DNA of 64,000 nt from Balanoglossus misakiensis (taxonomy: Eukaryota; Animalia; Hemichordata). Within the stretch, counting starts at the first letter, position 1. Every line of letters begins with the position of its first letter. Position numbers and translations under genes: made by a program. The DNA lies in NCBI GenBank assembly GCA_040954595.2, contig CM082581.2, positions 10,229,099 through 10,293,098 of the forward strand. The letters are read 5' to 3'. Positions 1 through 14,000 of the stretch are shown one piece after another. Below the pieces are notes generated by a model that saw only the letters and a program-made list of their open reading frames with translations, did not search any database and was not told where the DNA came from.

Positions 1-3000
1 CGAAATTTCAGTTGAATGAGCTCAATTGATGGGTTTTCCCATGATGTGCTAATTCTAGATATGCTGTTTGCATGTATAAACTCCCCCCTAACGATTTGTG
101 TCATAATCATTAAACTATAGGTCGCATGTGATAATTTTACTTGAATTTTACATGTCTTTCTATCAAAAATACCTAGTTTTATGCGCTTTATAACTGCATC
201 AATACTTTGGGCACTACAATTACTGGTTCGTCTGTTGTTGTACATGCATTTTAAACTGGTTCAAGTTTTGACCATGGTAATGTTGGATATATGCTCTAAA
301 CTTTATGAGAAGTGTGTAAAAATCCCATTAAATGCGAGACTTCAAGAGCAATGTCTTTAATTAAAGAGGAAAATTTAACTCAAGCTGTCAGCACGCGCTG
401 ATTATCTGCCCCTGAATTGACTCCATTTGAATTTCCAGAAGTCAAAACCGACCAAATTAATTTCTTTCGGGAGGTTCCAGGAAAGGTATCATTATATAAA
501 ACGAGTCAATTGACGAAATTGCTCTAGGTCACGTCAGGTTGAGCCGAAGAGTTGACCTCTACAGTTTGACATGCAATAAAAGCTATAGGCTAATGCGCTT
601 CGCTTTAGAGACACCAGGAGAATCAGCGTATCAATTTTTAAAAACTTCGAGGAATATCATTATTTTTTTATCAAATGCGGGTCGTCAGGACCAGATCTCA
701 ACGGAGTAGATTCATTTGCTGCTTTCAATAGAATCTCGCGAGAAAGTCTTGACGATGATGGATGGATGTACACCTATGTGTATAGTTAACATCCTGAGAG
801 GGATTTTCCCCGATCCACTAGGGTTCCCACAATGAGGATGCTTGCAAATTGTGCAGACACAATCATTTTCTGTTTGAGGTGGTATTTTTGAGCATTGTAG
901 CGAGCCACAAGATTTTGCACGGATCAAACCAATGATGTTATTTGTCATTGGTAATTGTCAAGACTTGTTGACTTGAACAGGAGTAAACACAATCATTCCA
1001 AGACTTAAAAATAGTTTGCCAGTTCTCATCATTTTTGTGTATTGACTTGGAAGTTGGTGAGCTACTTTGATCAACTGCAGTAACATACAATTTGTACATG
1101 TACATGTAGTACTTGACCTTTGAACTCTAAGAGGCCTTTCACTTTCCTAACATTTTCTGAAGAGCAGATTTATTTTCCCATGGCACCGACATACTTGTGT
1201 GCGTGCAATATTGCACACTATTCTACAATTGTTTTCTTGAAAAGCGAAAGTTCGCGTGAGTATAATATCTGTAGCAGTTAAGAATGATTCTTGTAACTTC
1301 TGCAACTCAACTCAGGTATTAATCTAGGAAGAAAAACCCTCAGCAAATGTCGAATGGACATTCGAACATTATCCAGGCGGCACCACTTCAAACTAGTAGC
1401 AAAAAACCTCAAACAGTCCACTCAGCGATGTTTGTTGTTTCTTCTTTTGTAAACCTGGCACAATGAGAGCTGACATACTCCTTTCACCGGCCGTCGTTCG
1501 CCCAAAGAAGTGAAATTTGCCCATCTGATTTGAAACGCCCGTTGTTTGACACAAGCAGCTAGCACACAGCTTGGGGAGGCAATTGTCATCGGCTAAGATT
1601 TATAAATATTTACAGTGCTGAGTAAACACCGAAGTTCTGCCAGTAAATAGAAGAACCCACAAGGCCTACCCACTATACAACAATCACAGGAGAGAGTTTC
1701 TACACTCTTCCGAGAGTGGGAAAAATTATCACATTTCCCAAATGGCTTGCAACCACACTGCAGAGAAACCTTTTTCCTGAAACCCATTAGGGGTAAACTT
1801 AACCCGAAGTTGTTTCCTAACTTTCACGCATGCATGGATCTGCTGTATCCAATGACGAGACGTATCGCTAAATTTTCTTTTCTGCTCGGTCGAGGTGGTT
1901 ATTACACGCACCACAGTGAACACAGCACACCGGTCAACCGTGTTGACTCCTTCTGCGCTCGAACCCTGATAAACTTTGACAGAAATAACACCACACACAC
2001 GCGCGGACCAGTAACACCACACCTGGTACTAAACTTGGCAATTAAACGCCTTCAGTGTCCCCATGTGGACAAAAGCAATCACTCTATTTACGGGGCCTTA
2101 GAAAACCTCAATGGATGATAACTATTGCCCTGGCGAAAACCTGGACCGGGGTCACAGGTCACACACTTTACTTCACGCCTTGGTGGATGCCAAAGGATGG
2201 AAAAGTCACAAAAATTTCATGCTTGAAGAATATCAAAGAAAAGGAGAGGTCCGTATCCCCACCAGGTTGATTTCATCAAACACAAGCAACCGGGGGAAAC
2301 AAACTTTTCAACATTATGACTCCTTCTCTCCTAGATCTTTACAGAATCAGCTGTGATTTCTACACCCACACAAATCATCCACCACTACAAAAGTCAAATT
2401 TCTTAGTTGCATCTCCATGTCTCAGAAGAAGTTTTTTTTAATGGTCATATTTACTTTTTGAGCTGACGGAACGATGGCAGAATGAGCCAATAACTATGTC
2501 GAGTGATATTTTATACACACAGCTCCTAGGATCCACAGTGAACAAACCTTGAAAACACCGAGAAGCCTTCATTTGTGTTTTTCTTTCAATCACCGGTATA
2601 ACTGAAAGACATGTCTTTTCTTTTTTTGATTGGTCAAGTTACTTGACCCTGACCTGCCCTCTGACCCCTGAGTGACCTAAATATCTGCCATAGCACCGAC
2701 CATGTAATGCTATGAAATTTAAAAATAACAAAGAGAGAAAGAATTCCTCCTGTTCTCTAAGTGATGTCTTGACAAGTTCGACTATGTGCGAAGCCATGGA
2801 GGGCCCAGCAAGCTCGGAATAGTCTCAGCGGACTTGCTGATCTGGACTGCATACTGCACATAACTTCTTTCTTGTAAGAAACAACACTTCCCAGTCACAC
2901 TGAAATACGCATTGCCCACGGCGCATATCAACTCTTGGTATCAGAAACTTGTCTCATAAAAAAAGATGAATGTTGACGTAATGGGCTATCAGTAAAATGA

Positions 3001-6000
3001 GAACAAGTTCCGTGCCGTAGTTAAAACTCACTTGCTACGCTCATAAGGGGTGACTTTTTCTCTCCACTTGCTTCTTTATTTATATCAGAGTTTTGGTTGT
3101 GTGCAAATCTCTGACAGATCAAGAATGTGTCCCTGTCTAAAAACATTTAAGGTTTCACACCAGGAACCAGCCTCCCATGGGCAGTAAATGTAAACAGTGG
3201 AGTGATAGTACCAAGACTAAACCCATACGGCCAAAGTCTTAAATCCTTCTCTCTGCAACTGAAACTTGGAATCAAGTCTGAAACTGTGAAGGGGAATATT
3301 AGAATCTCAATGATCCAGCTATGGTCTGATAGTGAAGCAAAGAAAAGAGACCTCTAAAAAGTCTAATGTCCCAAATCAGGATGCCAATTTGAAACAGTAT
3401 TTCAACTGCCCTAGCCCTAAACTCTGAGTGCATATGGACACATCCAGTTCATCATGAGACTGTAACTTGTTCTAAATGCATAGAAGAGGAATGAGTGTTA
3501 ATGTCTCAAGGTGACCTAAATTACAAGCATCAGTAATTTAAAATTATAGAGTTGAGGCTTGTGAGCCAGAACAGAATACCAAGTTACCTATCGGTTTAAT
3601 TTCTGCTAGAATTACCCTTGTACCGTCTCTACAGTGCCATGTTCAGTCGTCCGTTTTACGGCTGCCATACAATTTCCCTGCTTTACCGTTTCACTCTTAC
3701 TTCAAGTGCATTCACAAACAGGAATTTCAAGTCACACAGGCCCTTTCATCCTTGATCTCTCGAGTTCCCAGCATGCACTGCTCTCCTCTTGGGGTAGATT
3801 GATAACTGTGTATGTACACGTATGTACATGTGATAATTTCTACTCTGAATCATTAGTTGCATCAGCGGTATGCAGAGGAGTGCTCATCTCTTATCTAAAC
3901 ACATCAGTCCCCGGCCTCCATCAACACTCTCAACCCGGAGCCAGAAGTCAACAAGCTGTCTCTCTGAAGTGGTTGTGTTTGGGATAAAACAAGATCCCAG
4001 CTCTCTTCATTCTCTGTCTTTCTTTTTCCAAAGTAATGACACCTCCCTCAGTGACCCACATAATCTTTTCAGTGGTCGCTGCACAGGATAACTTGATCTA
4101 CCCAAAAAGCTCTCATCTTTACGTAAAGCATATGTGAAGGCCACAATTTGTTTATTTCTTCTGAGATATTTTGTGCAGAATGTTGAGCACTGGTATTTTT
4201 CCACAGGAATGGCAAAGTAAACCAAATTCTTCTCAAAACACTTAACATCTGACGGTGACATCTGTAATTAATTTGATGATGGTCTTCCTGTACCCATAAT
4301 GCACTGCTCAAAACTTCACATGGTCACATGACAAGAACTTCTATAGTTACACCAAGAAGTCAGTAGGCCAGCTTTTACAAACATGAAACAATATTAAAAT
4401 ATTTCTTTGAATATCTATGCACATTTGTCTGGTGCATACAGTATTTGTTTTATCGAGAGCTGTAAAATAATAATGCATTTGTCTACGAATCCATTTCATA
4501 TGGCACGGTGTAATTCACCACAAATTGGACTTAGTCACCAGGGGAAGCGATAGTTTCAGCCTTAGTAACAGATCCCCACTGTCAGAGCCAAATCGAAGAG
4601 CTTATCTTGAGACAAAAAAACATGCTACATAAGTGACAGTTGTGAAGAGGGCTCCTTCAACGCTAAACTATTTAACAAATGACTAAACAAGCCCCAGTCA
4701 GTTCGGTGGGAGTCATCTCCTTTTGTTGACAAGTACCCTGCAATTATGCCAACGCATTTGAAGCCCTGTCAGAATTGACAGGGGACCCCTGTCTGTGCAT
4801 ACATCCTGCTGGTTCCAGGCTCGACAATGGTAATCTATGGTCACAAAAGAAACCAGCCACATTATGTGGCTGCCACAAAACAATGCTGGGGTTGAATGAA
4901 GTAACATGCACACCTTGGGACAACAGAGTAGAAAATAACTGAACACTGAACTCACGAATAAACCCAGACAGTTAACGACCAAATCAGAATCACTCATCTA
5001 GTTGGTCGAGATATATCCAAATTTAGCATGGTAATTACAGAGATAGTGATTTCTATGGGTCACACAGAAACTGGATATGCGATAGATAGTTGGCATCATG
5101 TACCCACACAGCCTCTAATAAGACTCATCAGAACCCTATGTTCAGCCTTGCTTGTAGAAGTAAACACACGTCTTGGCGATTACCAAGCAAATTCTCAATA
5201 TACAGTCCACCAACCAACCAAAGTAATTTGCTGGTTTGCTTGCTGTCCGGATCATTTGAGAGCTCAGTGTAAGCTGTACCAACACAGTGGCTATCATTAG
5301 TGAAGCTGGATTGTTCTGATGCCGGCTGATCAGGGCCCTTTGTAACCAAGCTTAGGCCGGCTAATTGCCCGACAAAAATGCCACAACAGGACACGACCCT
5401 GGAATCCATGCAGCGTGAGCAACTCCATTTGTAACATTCTAGTTTAATAAGATTGAAAGTAAAATCCTGGATGACTGTTTTCTTTTTCTCTTTCACCCCT
5501 TTTTCACAGCAGCACGCTTTACAATAGTGGCGCTAAAATACTGTGCACCGTGAAGTCCGTTGCAGGGGTTAAACAGTGTCATGTGAAGAATGCCTGAAAG
5601 TACAAGCAGAGAATGGAATATACACGGAGTTTCTTTACTGTATCAGCTGGGACCAGATCTTTGAATTCTTTTGAAGAGACTTCACAATAGTAATCTTTCA
5701 AGCACCTCAGAATGACACTGCAGTAGTGAATTGCATCCGTCCAGCCATGTTTGCAGAGGGAACAAGACGTATTTTTTTTTCTTCGGCGGAACTTCTCAAA
5801 AGGGCTCTTGTAAAAGCGGGTAAAAATGCTGAAAGGACACAGTCGGCGGTCGTATCAAAAGGCTGCAAATTAGAAAACTAACAAGGCGCAGAAACACCCT
5901 TAAACTGCCGACTGTGAATTCGGGGATGCCGCTTTTTTGAAATGGTGATAAGGTGCGAAAATGGTCGTGAAAGTGTAATTTGCGTTCTTCTTGACTAATA

Positions 6001-9000
6001 TGCATTAAATGTGTGAAATATCTTCACTTTCTTCTTTCCGACCAGTTCCAACACCTTTTGCTTCACAAGTCTGGTACTTGAAATATCATTATGCTGACAG
6101 TACAAAACGCATGACAGACTTTCCACCAATGTTGCTGGAATGTGTAAATACGGTGGAAAATGTCCATAGAATTACAAGTTATGCCACTCGAGAACTGTTA
6201 ACATACCGGGTACCACCCAGCCCCAAATAATGAAAGAACACCGTATATGAAACAACAATTTTGATACATACTACATGTGAGATCAGAATAAAACGACTTT
6301 TATTGGCTGTAAATTCAAGAATACGCAAATTATGTCGATGAAGGGCCCTGCTCTTATATGTGATTGGATGTTGCTATGGATATATGCAAATTTTCCGTGC
6401 CTAGTTCACTGAACTGTTAACAGCAACAACACAAAAGCTTGGAGAAAAGTACTTCCGAAGGTATATACCCTTTCTGGATTTGATTTCATATCCGAAAGGG
6501 ACTTCACCTTGAGTTATTTGCGGGAGCTTTCACTTTACATTCTTCTGTGGTTTTCCCGCAAAATGATGTTGTTCAACAGCCACCGCGCATTTCCGACATG
6601 GTGCTTGGATATGCAAATTGGTTCCAAACCAAATTTTATCAGCAATTTTTTTTCCAGAGAAACGTAACTAGTATCATGTGTTTAATACTGACATCTACAG
6701 TAAATGTTGACATGCCCCCCCCCCCCTGTCAAGTGGTGTGAGGACCACTGCAACAAAATGCGGGTAAATTCAGGCTGACTTCTGAACTCCCCATATCAGA
6801 ACCCACTTACTGGGAGCAAATTCTCTCCCCTTGGGGAAATATGATGTCAAAGTTGCTTTAGCTGCACACTTCATGATTTCAATTCCACTGCACTAGGAAA
6901 GGAAACTGAGGAAATACATTTGCACACAAACAGTGAATCATCAAGATGTGTGGCAAATTAATCCATCGTGACAAGTTCTTGTGCATATGCAAGTACAGTG
7001 CACCAGGTCACCTGATGGTGTAATTGCATTAACAGAAATCCTTCCCTTAAAAGCACTGGGCATGGAAAATCATGCAGAGAAATCACTAATGTATGTGCCA
7101 CCTTTTAAAGCAGTCATCACACAATATTGAACCTTTTTGCCATTTTAACCTATTTTGAATCCCCCCCCCCCCCCCATAAAACGTGCCAAATCTCACAGGT
7201 TTGGCTGGGTGGTCACACATAGGCCCTACTGACTCACACACAGTCTCAGCAGGTTAACGGTCCTGGGTGCCGGAAGTTCAGGCCCCCTGTAAATCACGTC
7301 TGTTTCAAGCGATTCCGCAGGATAAGGGGTTAAGGGACAAAAGGATCGTGAGAAGCAAAGACCCACAACAGTTGGCTGTGTTCACATTATGGAGGACTCC
7401 CAGAGCTCTCCACAAATCCCTGGTATTGTAACAGTAAAGCCAACAGAACAAGAAGTCTACAGAGAGTGTTAACCGATCATCAATCTATGTACGCATCAAT
7501 TTGACTGGCTTGACAGTTGTACATTTAAATACAATGTAGCAAAAGGCCCCGTCACATTCGTGCTGATTTTCGTATTTCTGATTCGTACCTTTCTCCAGGG
7601 TTGAGAATTTCTGATTTACAATGATGCTGACTGATTAGAAATAGATCACGCTGCACAGATCTGCACTGCCTACATTTGAGGCACATGCCAAAATATGAAT
7701 TGCTTGCATGAAAATGCTCTCTTGGAAATACAGAATGTAGCAGAGACACTTCTCAACCGGGATAAACACACCAATTCATGAGCATGCATGACAGGCCAAG
7801 GGAAAGTCTTCTTCATTTGGTTTCAGATTAGCTACATCGCACCAATTACCCGCCGAAGTGAAAGAAACTGCAAGAGACATCAATATACTGCCAGCACACA
7901 CTGGCAATTGGATTATCTTCCAGAAAAGGTAAAGTTTTATTAGTGTGACAGGCAACTACGCGAAGACTACAAAATAGACAATACCCTACACACAGTGAAA
8001 GCGAAAACACGTCCAGCGCCGGGGTTAATAGCGGGATTTTGGTGGCCAGTTTCCATGTAATTTGCTCTTTATCTGCGTCTCATCACATGTCCAATGAAGG
8101 CACTATTGAATTGGATGGCTTTCAACTGACAACCTGTCCTTCCTAATCAATATCACGCAATCACAGCCCAAATGGGATGTCCATACAAAGCAGCGTCTGA
8201 CGAGTCAATGCCGTTTCACTCGGACAGATTTTTTTTTCTTTATTAGAGGCCCCTTCAGAGAGCTGACACGAGACTCCAGCAGCACTGCAGTGGTGGCAAA
8301 TTGCTTGAACTCTTCCCTTACTCCTAAGATTGGCTTTAAGAGTTTTTTTTTCCAGCTTTGACACTCGCAACAATCAGAAGCCATTAATGTTGAAAGTCAC
8401 AAGGGACTTCCTTGGCATGACTGACATCCGAATCAACACAATTTTGAAAACATTTAAAGATGCTATTGTGTGAATTCTATTGCTATCATTAGCAATGCAA
8501 CAACATGTTCTTCATGTAATTAAAGGACACTTTCATCATGTTTCTATGTTTGTGCATGTAGAGCCACATGACAATATTCTTCAGTAGATGGCTGAAAGAA
8601 ACTACCACACTGCCGATATTTACTCAAGAAAGCGTAGTTTAATGCGCGAGATGTTCATGATGTAGCACCTCAGAATGGATAATGGACCACTTATTTACTT
8701 TTCAAATGACACCGGCACTGACATTGACATTGACAGAATAATGGCCTATCAGGCTTTAACCACAGGAAATAGATAACAACACCAAATGTCGCAGTCAATT
8801 TGAATGAATGAACATTTTTGGAACCAGGGTTTTTGAGAGCTTGATGGATGTTCGTGGCAGATTCCAAAGTGTCTGTCAATCTATTAGTTTGTCTGTTATC
8901 ACTTTAAATCGCAATTTTTTTTCAAAATTGCTACTTGCTGTCATTCTTGTAGTTGGCGTGTTTATCTTTAGAATCTGATCGAACAGCTGTTAACTAAGCG

Positions 9001-10737
9001 AATACAATTTCGCTCTCAAACACAACATTTCTGATGATATATTAAGACTCCTTACAGGTGCCTTTTCAGGCATCACGGCTGACACCTAATGCACTGGAGG
9101 AATGATTGTCAGAACAATCACAACGAAAGTACACATGACTCACACAGCTTAGATGACTCTGCTGCGGACATTTCATTGAAGTCAGATATATTGATCATTC
9201 GCATCACACTAATGACCCCGTTTTTTGACACATTAATGGTAATAAGAAATCAATACTATTTTTCACTCAAAATGTAAATTGATTTTTTTGTCTGTTGAGA
9301 GCTGAGATGCCAAGATCCAAGCATGTTTCCATGGACATTATCCACAAAACTGTACACAACTCAACTCACAGAGCTGCAATTTTATGCTACAGGTTTGAAC
9401 TGTTTTTGAGTTTTTATTTTGTGAACACTTCAGATCTACGAACAATCCTTTGACAAATGTATCGCACAACAACACACAAGTAGTACGTGAAATTCTCACA
9501 TCTGTGTCAATTTTCACAAACAGCAACTGTCTGGCACCACTCGTTGCTTACCATGGAAACAAGGACATGCCGAAGAACAGTGGCCTTACTGCTGTTTGCA
9601 GCACAAACACACAGTCTTGGCAAAAATCCTTCGCAGCGGAGTTCACTCGCATCATATTGGTTGCTACCTTTGCAGTGTTTGAACCATCACTGCCATTTCC
9701 CTCTCTAAGATCTATTGTGGTACCACCCTGTTGTAAACAGTGGCACAACTAGACCGCTCCACTGGAATCGGGGATGGCTGGGCCACAAATTCTGCCAGTG
9801 GACAACACTGTGGCAATATTCTCTGGTTATATCAGACAGTATAATCGTTACACCTTAGTACACAAAACACTTCAGGTCCCTTTTTAAGTTCATGAAACTG
9901 TAGCCTGTTGGCGGGCGGTGTGCATCAAAGGGTACTGCCAATGATGGCATCTCGCTTTCCCTCCGAGTAGTGGAGCAAGATCTGCATGGATTCAAATCCT
10001 TCTACTCAGGACTTCTAATTCCACAGTCATTTTGGCTGCTGGCTTTAATACCTACCCTATTCACGACTCAACCACCATGTTATATTCCCGGTACGATAAT
10101 ATACTCTACTTGTCCCTAAGAATTGGTTGGTTGGGCATCAAGCCGATTCTCAGGGCAGGAAAGATGATTGAGGATAGACATAAATTAAAAAAAAATCTCA
10201 AAGTTTATTATTCAAGAAAACAACTCCACAAATATTGACAGAGAAATGAACCAGAAATCAAGGACTTTTTTTTATCGGGCGCGAAAACGGAACAGCTGTC
10301 AACTGAATGTTAACGCATGAAATAAGGATGGTGCATATGGAATATTGTCATCATCACATAGTTATTATCAGCATCATTTGCATAAGTTCTCCCCCTTCAG
10401 CTCAGGTCACGACGATTTACAACCACAGACGAGCATCCGAAAAAACCACTCTGCCAACTCAAGCTTCAACAACACGATAATGCACAGATTTGAATAAATA
10501 TCAGTCGACAAGAGATCTTGGCCATCTGGTGCATTCCGATAGTACACCCCAGTTATCTCTCAGCCTTGCCTATACCTTAGGATAAATAGTCTCTTTTTGG
10601 TACACTATTTATAAATTTCTTGGTTTGTTAAAAAAAGAGTGATTAAATTCTGGCCCTGTTCTGACTTTAACTGGTGAGGTCACACTTTCACTGCTTGCAT
10701 AAGCGCATAAAATTATTTCAATGGGTTGAAAGTAAAA

Positions 10738-10811
10738 GGCACTGTGGCCTAGTGGTTAGGGTACCGGGCTGACAATCAGAGGGTTCTGGGTTCAAATCCC
10801 GGTCCAGGACA
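10738..10811 (+). mobile_element. tRNA-derived SINE head (Pol III A and B boxes)
   Basis: GGCACTGTGGCCTAGTGGTTAGGG...GGGTTCAAATCCCGG has an A box (TGGCCTAGTGG) and a B box (GGTTCAAATCC) at tRNA-like spacing. The acceptor and anticodon stems do not pair. An A-rich run follows about 100 nt downstream (10910-10923). Confidence 0.7.
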
Positions 10812-10922
10812 TCTACCCGACGGTAATTTCATGAAAAGGTGATTCACACCTGTTCCAATCATCCCAGGTTGACATTCTTACTTTTATTGAATTTTTATCT
10901 TTTAAGGATAAAAAAAAAAAAA

Positions 10923-11027
10923 ATGCCAAACACTATGAAGAATGATTTACAATAATTTTCCATCCATTTATTTTTTTTATCCATAAAAAATAAATGGATG
11001 TAAATCATTCATCATTGTGTTTGGCAT
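10923..11027. repeat. AT-rich inverted repeat / foldback
   Basis: ATGCCAAACACTATGAAGAATGATTTACA pairs with TGTAAATCATTCATCATTGTGTTTGGCAT (2 mismatches). The inner CATCCATTTATTTTTT pairs with AAAAAATAAATGGATG. Confidence 0.85.
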
Positions 11028-14000
11028 TATTTTATGATTCACAATAATTTTCTATCATTGTAGACCTTTACTGTGCACCTGTGCAGACAACCTCTCAATA
11101 CCGACACACAATGTATTGATAAATGTATCTCCCATGGTTCTTCATTAGAGCACAATTCTATCACAAGACCAGGCATTTGATTGGGACACCTTACTTGCCA
11201 GAATCTTCATTTCTGTTGGTATTAAACTTTTCCAAAGCAATCTCATGTTTGCAAGAAAATGAAATCAATTACAGAGGACGACATCTGCAGCAGTCAACTG
11301 GTTTTAATTTCACCACCCAAACCCTGCAATATCAAACTGGGAGACACTGATCAAATTTGCACATCTCTTGAATGCAAACACGCACTTCAACAGCCCCAAC
11401 GCTTCAATAGAAAAAAAAAAGAACCTGATGACATTTTCTATTCCATCATTAAACTTCTGTCTTTCCAGCGACTGGTGACAGAATCAAAGTAAGACGCTCT
11501 TCAATACTGTACACGCTTTCACAGAGGCGAGGGCACGGCCTGACCCTCACTGCACTAAACCTGGGAATTCACAGACAAGCAGCAGTTTGTCTATGAAATC
11601 ACAACTTGTTTACTTTGTAGCCTGGAAGAAAAATGGGATGGCTGCGAGCTACTGGCGGCTGAAAATAAAGACATCGCAGCACGGGCTCGCACGACAACAA
11701 AAAGACCCGGGCCGTCCGCCGACAATGGGTGCAGTCTACCAGTAACTGTTACTTGAGACCTTATCAAAGTCCGGTTCATTATACGATCAATGGGCGACAA
11801 TCTATTAAGGGGTGTTGCAATGTAATACAGAGGGGAACCTATAGTTCCTGTCCACAAGAGGCTCAACCCTGCAATTTGCTGGGGTATAGCTGTGCCCAAA
11901 GTCTTACACCATGAAATAACATACTTAAGCCACCTATGGTCGCGAAACCCATGTGGTGCGCTTTGTGGCTTCACCATAGGGGAGGACATTCCCTTGCCAA
12001 TGGTATTCATTGTCCCCTTTGAAGTCGCTACAACAATCATGGGAAAAAACTGACATCCAACAGGACAATATAAATATTGAACTAGTGTCAAAAGAACGGT
12101 GTGAAAGCATACTGAATGGAGGCCGGTAACCCAACTCGCTTCATGTTACTAAAACCGAGGACAGTAAATTGTAAGTTCTAACCCAGTGCTTCTGTAGGTG
12201 AGTTCAGGGTGAACTGGGTTTCTGTTTAGGGCGGTGTGATGTCAACAACCCCCCTGTATCTTATCAGACAGCCCATTCTGATCACAAGACAAGTGTTTGT
12301 TCTACATATCCTCCAAATTTCCATGTCAACAATCAAATCGGTGAGATTCAAAGACAGCGATAAGGATCCATGCCCCTTTGCGGAATGAAATGAACTGCCC
12401 GGGCAATCTGAAGAGAAATAGTTCCAATATGATACCTGTTTGATCAACCATGAATTTGTTTAGACAGGGTATTTGTTACTTTGATAAAGAAAATTGCACA
12501 GACTGATCAGCCAGAATTGCAGAATCCTAGTTGAGGGTTCTTATAGATTACAACCATGCTCCACTGAAATCAATCTGTAAGTAACTTGGAAGAACATAAA
12601 ATTGACAAGATTTTAGTCAGAAGACAATTTCTGAAATAACATGACCTTCTGAAATCTTTTGAGGATTTGCTGACATCTACTGTACACTATAAGCAAATTC
12701 CAAGACCCATGCTGATACCCAAATAAATATTATAATTTCTGATTTAAACAATGAAGAAGGTATTTTTAGAGTGATTTTTAAATCAAAGAAATTAATATTA
12801 ATCAATTTTGTCAATGAAAATGAGAGTAAACGAGACGGATCAGACTCTGTGCAACCTGGTGAACCATTTCGATTTTATTTTCTGAGGCAACATTTCACCA
12901 AGCATCCAATTTGGCAATGAAAATAAGCCAGGGACATAATGCCTGTATCATACTATCATGCTGTATTGAATTTTCAGGGAGATGTCTCAGTTTCATTCAA
13001 GTCTCGCCCATCTCCTAGTACGGGACTTAAACGTTCAGGGTCTTTAGGTTAGGGAGTAAAGGAGTCGAACCTGACAGACATAAAATACACACCACCCGAG
13101 ACTACAAAGCAAAATGAGATTTTGTAATATTTTTTAGAGTGCGCATGGCGCTGAATAAAACATATCATGCTCCTTTGTATTGATGCGTGCATATACACAT
13201 CTGAGGGAGAAAAGAAAAAAAAAAACGATGTCTGGAAATAACGCAGTGTGACCTTTGCAAATTTTCATCACTCTGGAAAATGATGAGCACTGAAATAGTT
13301 CGCCTGGTAACCGGTAATAACCAGACTGGGTTGCCATTTAGGTGAGACATGCATCACAATGACTCACAGAGCTGCCATCTCGAGTTGAACGTAAGCTCAG
13401 GGCGAAAAAATATATATATATTCAAGCTAGGTTGTGTAAATCACTCCACCTCCCCCCGTTCTTTCCTTTTGAATGCGAATGACGCCGGGTTAGAGTGATC
13501 GACAGCCAAGGCTCTCAGTAGCCACAGATCCTTCTCTTGTTGAAGCTCCATGGCTTCCAACTGAGATGCCCTGGCTACATGTACACACCACAGTCGCTTG
13601 AAAAGCACTGGTCAGAGGGTGTCAGGGTGTGCGTGAGACACAACTGTGCATGTTGTCCATTGAGTGAAAAACTAACAGGCAGCGATGTTTTTATTCTTTC
13701 GCTTATTACAGGACGCTATTCAGCTCCTAGTCGCACAATCCACGGCTGATACCTCTGTAAGCTGCTTTTGTCCAACGCCGATATCCAAGGTAGCCGGTCA
13801 CAATGGCCCCAACCATTAATGGGAACAAGAGGGTCAAGTCGGCCATTGCACACTGGCTACAGTTTTTCAAAGTTAAAGAGTTTACGGCCCTGGGATGAAA
13901 GAACATGGCGCTTTTGACAAATTGTTGTATTGGTGGCTACAGTATATGTGGTCTGCTGGTCCATGCTAACTTTGTCCAACCTTGAAGACGCCAACCTTCC

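Noticed and set aside
1747-2356. Overlapping plus-strand ORFs (123, 71 and 81 aa)
   Set aside because: No recognisable motifs, and lengths are compatible with chance in a locally GC-richer patch.
2603-2618. TGAAAGACATG resembling the miR-71 5' end
   Set aside because: The match stops after 11 nt and is part of a short palindrome (AAAGACATGTCTTT). There is no precursor hairpin.
5492-5572. Possible piggyBac-like mini-element (TTCACCCCT...AGGGGTTAA)
   Set aside because: The inverted ends are only about 9 bp, with a mismatch in the TTAA. This is too weak without copy-number data.
10738-10811. tRNA-Val(GAC) gene
   Set aside because: A and B boxes are present, but the acceptor and anticodon stems do not pair, so it is treated as a SINE head.
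11591-12091. 166-aa minus-strand ORF as a nested gene or GPCR exon
   Set aside because: Non-ATG start, no recognisable domain or LRR pattern, and no convincing splice context.
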